A stretch of 64,000 nt of DNA, taken from IMG/VR virus record IMGVR_UViG_3300037297_000066, positions 373,332 through 437,331 of that record; one strand, 5' to 3'. Positions 27,518 through 36,738 of this stretch are shown here, in pieces. A program made the position numbers and the translations under genes. Numbering within the stretch: the stretch's first letter is position 1; each line of letters starts with the position of its first letter. The notes beneath the pieces are model-generated. The model searched no databases and had not been told where the DNA came from. It worked only from the letters and a program-made list of their open reading frames with translations.

Positions 27518-28243
27518 ATGGTTCGCATTCCGTCTCCCAACGATATGACTCCCTTCGCTCCGGCGGGCGGAGAAGTTCCGTCTGCGGATACGGGATACGT
27601 ACACCCTGCTGAAATCCGTCGGGGACTCATCCCGATGGCTTTCCAAATCACGAGTCCCTTTGACCGGAGACGAGTACTGCTCCCTCATGCGTTGGTGCTT
27701 CATGTCAACCCTTTGAGCATTCAAGAGTCCTATGTTCAAAAGGTAGAGCGCTTTCAGACCCGAGGTGGTTGGCAAGAGCAACATTGGGGTTCGGATTTGT
27801 CCGAGATCAGTGCTGACTCTACCACCGGGGCTTTCATGAACATCTACACGGGGCTCACCTCAGTGCTTCGGCAGCGGACGATAGCTTGGGACCGGTATCG
27901 AGATCTTGTAGAGCTGTTCTACAACAACGGCAGTGTTTACGATCCTTTCGGCAACATTGTGCTGCAGGGAGGGGTGATGCTCATCTACGATCGGGGGACC
28001 TACATGGGAACCTTCCGGTCCTTAGAGACTCAAGAAACAGATGACGCGCCTTTTTCCTTCAAGGTCAATTGGAGCTTCAAGGTAGAGGAGACTATCTTGC
28101 TTGTTCCCTCTACCATGAGGAGCCCTAACATCCGACTTCCGACGTTTCAGAATCAGAACACTTTACCTGCTTCGAACGGCTCAACGGTCACCGGGTCCGC
28201 CCGAGCATTGACGGCTGAGGAAGCCAATGAATTTGGAGTGTGA
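27518..28243 (+). CDS. Tail tube initiator / baseplate-tube junction protein (T4 gp48/gp54-like role)
   Basis: 'LHVNPLSIQESY..QTRGGWQEQHWG..ISADS..YMGTFRSLETQETDDAPFSFKVNWSFKV'. Directly after the tape measure. Confidence 0.7.
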   Translation: MVRIPSPNDMTPFAPAGGEVPSADTGYVHPAEIRRGLIPMAFQITSPFDRRRVLLPHALVLHVNPLSIQESYVQKVERFQTRGGWQEQHWGSDLSEISADSTTGAFMNIYTGLTSVLRQRTIAWDRYRDLVELFYNNGSVYDPFGNIVLQGGVMLIYDRGTYMGTFRSLETQETDDAPFSFKVNWSFKVEETILLVPSTMRSPNIRLPTFQNQNTLPASNGSTVTGSARALTAEEANEFGV

Positions 28244-28245
28244 GG

Positions 28246-30213
28246 ATGGCAACAAACGTACCAGATCCTTCTCCAGTTCAAGGAGATGTTGACCCCCAAG
28301 CTAGCAACAACGGAGCTACGGAGAGTCGTTCTCCGGTGTCTTCCAACGAACGTTTGTTGCGACAGATCGAAGCTAGTGCTGACTTCTACGACCCTCGAAA
28401 GTACGAATCTCTTCTAACCTACTACAACGATCTCGACCTCCAACCTGAGGGAGGACTCTCTATGGACTACATCGGGTTGACGGCTTCCAAGCCTAACCCG
28501 AAAATGTTCGTGGTAGGTATACTTCCTCCGACAATGAACATCACGGGGAGGTTGCTTGACAGGTCCTCCAGTGCTGCTGCCATCACCGACCCTCTTCCGG
28601 TGAGAGCTTACGATCAGGGCAACCCTCGCCTGGTTTTGCAAGATGGTCAGTTGGTAGAAGACACGTCTGGAGATGCCACTGCTGGAGGAGGTAGTGATAC
28701 TGAAGGTTCTCAAAAGTGGGGAGCTAACGCTAGAAACCTTCCTCGGTACTTCTGGGTTGAGTGGGTTACCATGTGTAGGGACAGGTTGGGAATCGATCCT
28801 GTCGAGTTAGCGGCTGTCTGCTACAACGAAAGTGGGTTCAACCCTGGAGCTGTCAATTCTGGTTCCAATGCCAAAGGCTTGTTTCAGTTCATGCCTGGGG
28901 TTGCTGATGACTACATGACAGACGAGCAGTTCGAGGATTTTGAAAACCTCTCTGCTAGCGAACAACTTCCTTACTTTGAGCAGTTCTTGGCGAAAGGGAA
29001 GTATCTTTGGAGGGGGCGTAAGCCTGGAGCTAGTGGGGCCGGCTCTCAGAGAGTTGGGGCCTATCAACATGTGTTTGGTGGGCAGCAGGGCCTGAACATG
29101 TACGGGGAGTGGTACATTAGTGCTGAAGCCCAACAGAGGAATTTGGCAGCCGTTCAGGCTAAGGTTGACCAACTAGAAGCTCAAGCAGCGGCAGCAACAG
29201 ACCCTGCAGATCGTGACCATTATCTGGCCGAAGCTATTCGAACTCGCAGGTTGTTGCAGAAAGGTTATCCCGGGGGTCGCCAAGGTTGGCTGAATGATCG
29301 GGCGTATCGCCAGAACCGAGGGTTTGACAAGAATGGTGACGGAGCCATTACCTCTAGCGATATCTGGGCATCCATCGCCAGCAAGCCTCCTATGTGGATT
29401 CAACAGATCATCCGTGAGGTAGAAGCTTCTGGGGAAAAGGCTGAGTACGAAGGTTCCTTGGGAACTCAGTTGCGTCCCATGTGGGTGGAGGATGGGAGCC
29501 CTGAAGCTGACTTGGTGAGGAAGCTACTTAGCCAGGTAGGGCAAACGGGGTACAACGCTACTCCGAACGGTATCAAGTTCTTGGAAAAACAGAAGGCCAT
29601 GATTGCCCAGGCTCAGATGAAGCTGGACAACATGCGCAACACGCCCCCTCTCAAGATGCGGGTCAATCCGGCCAGCTTCACAGTCAAAGGGGAGAAGATC
29701 GTTTCGGACGGCAATTGGAGCCGCAACGGACCTATCATCGAGCATTGGGGAGACGCCCAGGACAAGATCTCGGGATCTGGGAAAGTGGCTGGCTTCTACT
29801 CCATGTACCGTAACGATGCTCGAATGCCCGGGTTGACCCGGACTGCCAAATTCTTCTCCGAATCCTTTCAGAACTTCTTGTCTCTGTTCCTGATCTACCG
29901 GAACAACGGCGGCCTTTTCCTGCAAGACCAGCAAGGAGAGGACGTTCGGCAGAACTTGTCGGTAGTAGGCACAATCTACATCTACTATGACAACACTTTG
30001 TACCTAGGGAGCTTTGACAACTTCAACATCACTGAGGATGCCACCGCTCCCCACACCTTGGAGTACAGTTTTGAGTTCACAGTGAGAGCGGCGTTCTTGC
30101 TTGATCGTCCCAATGAACAAAGCTTCACGTACGGAGCTCCTAATCTGTTTCCTTCTGAAAAAGCCCCCCTTCTTCAAGCCACGTCAGGCTCTGGAGTTCT
30201 AGGGGGTCGGTAA
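28246..30213 (+). CDS. Tube-initiator paralog carrying an SLT lytic transglycosylase domain
   Basis: SLT motifs 'IDPVELAAVCYNESGFNPGAVN..AKGLFQFMP' and 'YRQNRGFDKNGDGAIT'. C-terminal domain aligns by eye with the 27518 protein. ATG 28246 preferred over GTG 28240. Confidence 0.82.
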   Translation: MATNVPDPSPVQGDVDPQASNNGATESRSPVSSNERLLRQIEASADFYDPRKYESLLTYYNDLDLQPEGGLSMDYIGLTASKPNPKMFVVGILPPTMNITGRLLDRSSSAAAITDPLPVRAYDQGNPRLVLQDGQLVEDTSGDATAGGGSDTEGSQKWGANARNLPRYFWVEWVTMCRDRLGIDPVELAAVCYNESGFNPGAVNSGSNAKGLFQFMPGVADDYMTDEQFEDFENLSASEQLPYFEQFLAKGKYLWRGRKPGASGAGSQRVGAYQHVFGGQQGLNMYGEWYISAEAQQRNLAAVQAKVDQLEAQAAAATDPADRDHYLAEAIRTRRLLQKGYPGGRQGWLNDRAYRQNRGFDKNGDGAITSSDIWASIASKPPMWIQQIIREVEASGEKAEYEGSLGTQLRPMWVEDGSPEADLVRKLLSQVGQTGYNATPNGIKFLEKQKAMIAQAQMKLDNMRNTPPLKMRVNPASFTVKGEKIVSDGNWSRNGPIIEHWGDAQDKISGSGKVAGFYSMYRNDARMPGLTRTAKFFSESFQNFLSLFLIYRNNGGLFLQDQQGEDVRQNLSVVGTIYIYYDNTLYLGSFDNFNITEDATAPHTLEYSFEFTVRAAFLLDRPNEQSFTYGAPNLFPSEKAPLLQATSGSGVLGGR

Positions 30214-30216
30214 GCA

Positions 30217-33200
30217 ATGGCACGCAGTCCATACCAAGGCACTTGGCAACAAGGCATTCGTCCTACGATAGTGACGGCGCCTGATGCCCTTGTGTTCATC
30301 AACGGGGAGATCGACGTTCTGGGGTGCTCTCAGTGTCAACGCCGCTTCGACATCCAGAAGTACATCACTAGTATTCAAGTGGACCTGAACGTCGATAGTC
30401 CGCCTGGTTCGGCTAGCATCAATCTGAGCATCCCCCGGCATACGATAGACGATTTCTACTTCGAAGGGGTCCCTCTCATCTCTCCGATGATGGAGGTAGA
30501 GATCTATGCCAAGGGCTATTTCACTCTAGAGGGCCTACCGCAGTACTACCCCATCTTTTGGGGACTCACGACGGAAATCAGTGACCAGTATGCTGGAGGG
30601 GAACACACTGTCAGCATCAACTGCTCAGACATCCTGAAGTGGTGGGAACTGTGCAAGATGAACATCAACCCATCCTTCACAGGAGGGCAGTTCAAGGGGC
30701 TCGCTTTCGGCAACATCTTCCACGGCATGAACCCTTATGATGTCATCTGGACGCTAGCTCAACAGTCGTTCGGAGATGTGGTTGTGGGCACCGGTTCTCT
30801 CACATCCTTCTTCAAGGAGAACTCCCAGAAGCAGACTTTCCAGTACGCTCTTCGGGACATCATGCAGTACTGGAACGAAAGGTTCACGCGCATTCGTTCC
30901 AACATGATGCTGTACGGGACGGAGGGTGCTTCTGTCCGAGGGGACTATCTGTACGCACGGTACAAGGCTTGGCGAGCGGGTATCGGAACGTCGAAGAAAG
31001 ACGCTGTCAACCAACCTTTCGCCTCTGCTGTAGTTAGAGAAGCCAACGGAGGGGCCTTAGGAAGTCAGATGATCTTCGATCCCACCTCTTCTTCGGTGGT
31101 GGCTTTTCGCACTCAGATGATGGAGGCTGGTCAGGTCAACTTCTGGCAATCGGAGTATCAAACCAAGCTGGAGTTGGCTAATGCTGCCAAAGAAGCAATC
31201 GGCTACGAGTTCTTCATGGATGTGACGGGGGACATTGTATTCAAGCCTCCCTTCTACAACCTGGATGTGCTGAGCAACAAGCCAGTATCTTGGATTCAGG
31301 ATATTGACATCATCAACTGGGACTTCTCGGAGTCTGAAGCGGAAGTAGTCACCCAGCTGTCAATTCAAGGCAACTACACGGGCGGTGTGGATTGGGGTAT
31401 GGGAGAGGAGACCACTCCTTTCACCTCAGTCACAGACTATCATCTACTCCGTAAATACGGATGGCGTACCCAGACTTTCAACTCAGAGTTCATGGCTTCC
31501 CCCAAGCTCATGTTCTACATGGGTCTGGACCTCATGGATCGTTACAACGCTCGTCGGCATCGATCTACGGTCAACATTCCTTTGCGCCCCGAGCTCCGAC
31601 TTGGCTTTCCTGTCTACGTCGCTCCCAAGGATCAGATGTGGTACGTCCAGGGGATCAGCCACAACATCCAGTTTGGGGGACAAGCCCAAACTACTCTGAC
31701 CTTGAGTGCTCGTCGCCAAAAGTTCGTAGCGCCTCAAGGGATTGGAACCATCCGTCTCACAAACTATGAAGGCCCACCGCCTTCTGAAGCACCTGCTACC
31801 CAGCTTCAAGACAGCAACCCGAAGCCTTCTGTTCGTCAGCTTCGAGCCGGGGGCGCTTTCAAGCTCACCATTGGGGAAGCTGCTTTGGTTCCTCCGGTGA
31901 AAGCTCAGGATACCGGCAACTCTTTCAATCCCTACGCGCCTTTGATCTTGAGGCATCCCAAAACAGGGAGGATCGTGGGTTACCCTAATGTGGTGATGAC
32001 CTACACCCGGCCCTTTGCTTCTGAGTTGTTCAGTGAAGAGCAACTGGCTCGGGCAGAAGGTCGGAAGCCTAGTCCTAGAGACAATCCCTATCTCAAAGAC
32101 TACGATGAGGTCACAGCTAAGAATCTGGCGGATACCGAACGGGCCATGATCACTCAGACCACTGAGGATCGGATTCGAGACAAACATCTTTCGAACCGTT
32201 ACTCCTATGGTCTCAATTCGGCAGGGGTGTACACGTACGCTCACGATGTTTCGAAGGTCTTGGAAGAGATTTTGCTCATCCCGAAGTCCAAGATCACGGT
32301 TGAGACTCTGGAAGAGGACGAGGCCACGGCTTCGGTTCTTGGTAAGCAGCGAGGCTCTGCCATGATTCGTCCGGTCTCTGATTCCAGAGGCTTCGAGGTC
32401 ATCGGACACTACAAGTACGGCCGAGGTATCTCTCTGAGAGATGGCTCTTTGGTTTTGTCTGGGCCGAACAACACCAACCAGCAAGCCAATGTAGATCTCC
32501 AGTTGGCTCTGAGTGGGGGTTTGTACGAGACTCTTAAGGCTCAATCCCAAGGACTCACAGGATTCGTCAACACCTATCCCAACCCTTCTGATGCTGTAGC
32601 TCGCCTGGCTCCTGAAGAGCTCCAGACGGCCGCTGTGGTCAACCCGGACACGAAGGAGCCTGAATTTGTGGAGGTGGGTAAGAACTTCGTGGACGCAGCT
32701 CCATTGGGTTCCGCAGCCAATGAGGGGGTTCCTGTTAGTGTGGAGGCAGGGCAGCTTTCCAGGGCTTTGACCTTGGCAGAAATGCGGGTTCGTGAAGACA
32801 GTATCGAGGCAACAGCCAACTGCAACTGTTTGTCTGGGAGGGCCGACTTGTCTTTCATCAACGTGGGTTACCAGGTCAAGGTTTTGTCAGGGGGAAATGC
32901 TCAGGGAGATCTGTCTCAGCTACCAGGAGATCAAGGACTGGTTTCTTTCGGAGCGGGCCTTGACGAGGAAGGCCAGCAACGAAGAGAAGAGGCTCATACG
33001 GCTTACGAGGCAGCCTTGGAGCAAGCTCGGATCGAGGCTCAAGAAGTTTGGGACGAGACTTTTGCCAAGGAGATGCCAGACGCTTATGTCAGGCGTCAGG
33101 AAGAGCGCTGGAGACAGGACCAAATCACTCGGGAACAGTTAGAGCAGGTCTACGCCAACAACACGAATTACAATATCGATGAGCCTTCTTCTTCAGTAGC

Positions 33201-33939
33201 TAAGCGAGAGACTGCTGCTAAAGCCAAAGCAGATGCTGCTGCTCAAGAGACCCGAGAGCGTTTAGAAGGGGAGGCCCTGGCGGCTTACCAAGAGGCTCTT
33301 GGTACAGAGGGTATAGACGGGACTATAGCGGAACAGGCGTTGTACGACTCCTATCAAGAGGATGGTGGCCCTATAGACCTGCGTGGGGCAGCTTTAGGAC
33401 AGCAGCAGCTGAACCAGGTTGAGCAGTTCCTAGTCACTCTCTACGAGGCTCTTGACGCTCCTCACCAGCAGTATGAGAAAGCTCTTCGGGGTGAGTTACT
33501 GGATGTTCCCAACAAGACTGCGAATGAGATTCGCTTTGACAACCCTGCTGATACGGGTCTCAGTCCGTTGGAGCCTCCCTACTCTCAACCAAACCGGGCC
33601 CTGGGAGGTGATCCAATAGCTTTGGCGAACCAGATCAGTAGCAACGCTGATCAAGTAGCTGAGTCCTGGAGTACCTTTGGGACTCGTTTGCAAGAGAATG
33701 CCCAACGATCTCAGATTGAAGCAGAGATCTCCAGGGACACTCAGCGTCTCAATGGCCTTAGGGAAGAGCAGGAGCGTCTGCAAAGAGCTCAAACAGCTGG
33801 AGGGGTTCGGTATACTGGGATCCCTCTTGAGGACCTTCCGTCTCGAAGAGCTGAGGTGGATGACCAGATCGTACGTACTGAGCAGAATATCGCTCGAAAT
33901 CAGGCTCGAATCATCGAGCTGAACAACAGCAACCCGTAG
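30217..33939 (+). CDS. Baseplate hub protein (gp27/gpD-like) with long C-terminal extension
   Basis: 'ITSIQVD..GSASINL', 'TKLELANAAKEAIGYEFFMDVTGDIVFKPPFYN', 'LLRKYGWR', 'PLRPELRLGFPVY..WYVQGISHNIQFG..TTLTL'. Confidence 0.8.
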   Translation: MARSPYQGTWQQGIRPTIVTAPDALVFINGEIDVLGCSQCQRRFDIQKYITSIQVDLNVDSPPGSASINLSIPRHTIDDFYFEGVPLISPMMEVEIYAKGYFTLEGLPQYYPIFWGLTTEISDQYAGGEHTVSINCSDILKWWELCKMNINPSFTGGQFKGLAFGNIFHGMNPYDVIWTLAQQSFGDVVVGTGSLTSFFKENSQKQTFQYALRDIMQYWNERFTRIRSNMMLYGTEGASVRGDYLYARYKAWRAGIGTSKKDAVNQPFASAVVREANGGALGSQMIFDPTSSSVVAFRTQMMEAGQVNFWQSEYQTKLELANAAKEAIGYEFFMDVTGDIVFKPPFYNLDVLSNKPVSWIQDIDIINWDFSESEAEVVTQLSIQGNYTGGVDWGMGEETTPFTSVTDYHLLRKYGWRTQTFNSEFMASPKLMFYMGLDLMDRYNARRHRSTVNIPLRPELRLGFPVYVAPKDQMWYVQGISHNIQFGGQAQTTLTLSARRQKFVAPQGIGTIRLTNYEGPPPSEAPATQLQDSNPKPSVRQLRAGGAFKLTIGEAALVPPVKAQDTGNSFNPYAPLILRHPKTGRIVGYPNVVMTYTRPFASELFSEEQLARAEGRKPSPRDNPYLKDYDEVTAKNLADTERAMITQTTEDRIRDKHLSNRYSYGLNSAGVYTYAHDVSKVLEEILLIPKSKITVETLEEDEATASVLGKQRGSAMIRPVSDSRGFEVIGHYKYGRGISLRDGSLVLSGPNNTNQQANVDLQLALSGGLYETLKAQSQGLTGFVNTYPNPSDAVARLAPEELQTAAVVNPDTKEPEFVEVGKNFVDAAPLGSAANEGVPVSVEAGQLSRALTLAEMRVREDSIEATANCNCLSGRADLSFINVGYQVKVLSGGNAQGDLSQLPGDQGLVSFGAGLDEEGQQRREEAHTAYEAALEQARIEAQEVWDETFAKEMPDAYVRRQEERWRQDQITREQLEQVYANNTNYNIDEPSSSVAKRETAAKAKADAAAQETRERLEGEALAAYQEALGTEGIDGTIAEQALYDSYQEDGGPIDLRGAALGQQQLNQVEQFLVTLYEALDAPHQQYEKALRGELLDVPNKTANEIRFDNPADTGLSPLEPPYSQPNRALGGDPIALANQISSNADQVAESWSTFGTRLQENAQRSQIEAEISRDTQRLNGLREEQERLQRAQTAGGVRYTGIPLEDLPSRRAEVDDQIVRTEQNIARNQARIIELNNSNP

Positions 33940-33941
33940 TC

Positions 33942-36134
33942 ATGCCTGTAAACCGCACTGTTCCCAGAAGGCCCATAGGCACTGTTCCAAAGAAAGACTT
34001 TGCTGACGGTCCTCAGAACTTCATTGGTACCAAGATTGGTCTGATCACCCGAGTGGATGAGATCAACATGAAGGCCGATGTGAAGATTCTGACAGGTGCA
34101 GGTTTTCGCTATGAGCTGGATCTGACCCAATCGATGGCGGGCCCTCGTAGTTTCTGGGGCGGGATCCCTGAAGTCAATTCTTTGGTCATCTTGGGGTATC
34201 GTCGAGTCCACAAGAACCTTCAAGAGGCTGTAATTCTCACCTACCTGCCGACAGGTACCAAGAGCGGTCTTCGTTTCGATCCCTTCTCTCAGTACGATCC
34301 GAACAACGTTGACCCCGACGAACTAGAACTGGTTGAGCAACTCTTGGGGAAGGCCGTCAGGTACAAGCGACTCATGATGAAGCCGGGGGACGTGGGAGGC
34401 ATGTCCTCGTCGGGGTCAGAGCTGGTGCTGTCCAAGGACGTGTCCTTCTGCAACCGAGCCGGAGATTTCGTTGAGCTAAGGGATTCAGAACGAACTTTAG
34501 TAGCACAGTCGGTCCACAGGATTGAAGCAGAGTCAGGTGTCCGCAGAGTCTCTGGGCCTATCCGTCGTAGTGCTTTCTACTTACCCGAAGACATCTTCGA
34601 TGCTGATGGGAAGCTCAAGAGCGCTAGTGCAACGGCAGTCAAAGATCGCTACTACGGGCAGGATGAGCTGGAGAAGATGGGCCCTGGGCTACAGGCTGGG
34701 GAGCCCCCCAAGTACGCCAACTCTGACGGAACGGTTTCTGAGATCTTCAACGACTTCACCAACTATCCCCCCACTACCTATTCAAACGGCCGAAAGGTTC
34801 ACTACGTCCCCACCTCTCCAGGGCAAGGGATAGACGACATTGGCGCAACGGCTGATGCCTTTGTGGAACATCGAATGGAGATGAGTCAGACCTCTGACTT
34901 GTCTCAGGAGGTCCTCGAAGAGATAGATGGGTTCCGTTTGGATCAACGGCTTCCCTACATCGAGCAAGTTCTGGGTACCGTGGTGGGCAACGACATGCTC
35001 ACCTCTTTGGGGATGCGTCAGTACGCCGACATTCTCAAACCACGTATCTTTGACGAGTTCAACAGCATCCAGAGGGGTCGGTTCCGTTTGGAACGGTGCT
35101 TAAGGTCTCCTACCAATGATCTCGAAGCCTATACGAAGGCCGGGGCTTACCTGTTCCGGCTTCGAATTCCTCGGGGTCGTGGGACAGAGTACTTTGCAGC
35201 GGCGGTATCGAAGCAAGGAAAGCTCTTCCTCAACGTTCCGGCCCCAGCCACTGAGGACTATGCCTCGGGGGTGAAGAACGTCTCGGCCGAGATCAACATG
35301 GGAGGGGCTCTCAAGGCTCATTTTGGGGCAGCCCGTCCTGATGGTGTTTCCATTCACGCCACTATGGATGGGGGCATCAAAGCAGTTATTGGACATGACT
35401 CCAGGGGCCGAGCTCTAGACATAACCTATCGGTCTTCTGTCAAGAGCACTTACGAGGCCAATAACCCTGACGACAACGGGGTAGCCTACGAGATGCTTTG
35501 CAAAGGGGCTCGCCGTACGAACGTCACAGGGACCGACCAAGACTTCGTGGGAGCTCGTCAGTCGGTAGTAGATGGTGGGGACAAGCTTCAGTGTGATCGT
35601 AGAATGGTCAATGCCCATTCCGGTTACACTCTCAATGCGGGAGAGATGAACACTCTCATCGCCGGCAAGTCTCAGTACAACTACGCCCTTCAGGTATTGG
35701 AGAACATCATTGCGGGGGGCCGGATCTCGACCATCTTGGCGGGTGGCTTGGTTCAAAACGTGGCCGCCGGAGGGATGTCCTACAACGTTGGGGCCGGGGG
35801 CATCACGATGACGGTTCAGGCTGGAGGCATCGTGGGGAATGTCACGGCTGGAGGGGTGTCTTTTACTACCGCTGCTGGAGCTGTGAATCTTGCAACTGCC
35901 AGTGGGGCGGTGTCTATTGGAGCAGGGGCAGGGGCCATCTCTTTGACGGCTAGCTTGGCTCTCAACTTGACTGGAGCTCTTATCGTGGCCTCGGCTGCCC
36001 AGGTGAAGCTCGGGGCTCCTATCGCCGTTCTAGGAGTCTGCAGAGGTACTCCTACGATGCCCCCAAACATGCCTACACTGGATCCAATCACGAACATCCC
36101 TCTCCAAGGTAGCGTGCAAGTCTGGTCCACCTGA
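33942..36134 (+). CDS. Central baseplate spike (gp5/gpV/VgrG-like)
   Basis: OB-fold start 'IGLITRVD..ADVK..GIPEVNSLVILGY'. C-terminal Gly-rich beta-helix repeats with AGG every 9 aa. Follows the hub. Confidence 0.78.
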   Translation: MPVNRTVPRRPIGTVPKKDFADGPQNFIGTKIGLITRVDEINMKADVKILTGAGFRYELDLTQSMAGPRSFWGGIPEVNSLVILGYRRVHKNLQEAVILTYLPTGTKSGLRFDPFSQYDPNNVDPDELELVEQLLGKAVRYKRLMMKPGDVGGMSSSGSELVLSKDVSFCNRAGDFVELRDSERTLVAQSVHRIEAESGVRRVSGPIRRSAFYLPEDIFDADGKLKSASATAVKDRYYGQDELEKMGPGLQAGEPPKYANSDGTVSEIFNDFTNYPPTTYSNGRKVHYVPTSPGQGIDDIGATADAFVEHRMEMSQTSDLSQEVLEEIDGFRLDQRLPYIEQVLGTVVGNDMLTSLGMRQYADILKPRIFDEFNSIQRGRFRLERCLRSPTNDLEAYTKAGAYLFRLRIPRGRGTEYFAAAVSKQGKLFLNVPAPATEDYASGVKNVSAEINMGGALKAHFGAARPDGVSIHATMDGGIKAVIGHDSRGRALDITYRSSVKSTYEANNPDDNGVAYEMLCKGARRTNVTGTDQDFVGARQSVVDGGDKLQCDRRMVNAHSGYTLNAGEMNTLIAGKSQYNYALQVLENIIAGGRISTILAGGLVQNVAAGGMSYNVGAGGITMTVQAGGIVGNVTAGGVSFTTAAGAVNLATASGAVSIGAGAGAISLTASLALNLTGALIVASAAQVKLGAPIAVLGVCRGTPTMPPNMPTLDPITNIPLQGSVQVWST

Positions 36135-36697
36135 TGCCTGCTACGATTCCGGGTGTGGTAGGGGTACTGGTACCCAACATCCTCTTTACGGGGGTGGGCG
36201 TGATCAAGTATTCCAAAGGTGTAGCCAACGGGCTGACTGCTTGGTCTAGGGCTATTCAGATCTCAACTACGGACGCAGGTACAGTAGGCGTAGGTAAGGG
36301 GGCTCCAATACCGCTCATTGTTCCTCAACCCATTCTGTTTGGAAACATCCTGGCAGGGATGAAAGCCTATGACTTGATAGGCTTGTTGGCGGTGCCTTTT
36401 GTACTTGGCCTATCGACTGGTCTGAGTCTGGCGTTTGCTCAGATGCTAATCAACACGACACATCCGTCGGTAGGTTCCGGGACGGCCATAGCGAAGTTCA
36501 GCGCTCCCCCAGCCTCTTCTTTCATGATCAGCGGTTTTGCCCGAGAAAACATGACCGGAGAAGGATCCGTCCGGAAGGCCAGAGCTTTGTCACAAGGTCT
36601 GGACAGATCCATCGCGAGTCTTGTTATCCCCGTCCCCATTGTAGGGCCTGCCGCCTCAGCCCCCTCTTCGGGGTCGGGTTCTGGCAAGCTCATATGA
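36134..36697 (+). CDS. Small Gly/Ala/Pro-rich protein, possible spike-tip component
   Basis: TGATG-coupled to the spike gene. Hydrophobic, ends 'GSGSGKLI'. Confidence 0.5.
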   Translation: MPATIPGVVGVLVPNILFTGVGVIKYSKGVANGLTAWSRAIQISTTDAGTVGVGKGAPIPLIVPQPILFGNILAGMKAYDLIGLLAVPFVLGLSTGLSLAFAQMLINTTHPSVGSGTAIAKFSAPPASSFMISGFARENMTGEGSVRKARALSQGLDRSIASLVIPVPIVGPAASAPSSGSGSGKLI

Positions 36698-36738
36698 GGA
36701 TGAAAATGCAAACGTCGATTCGTTCCCAGGAGTAACCC

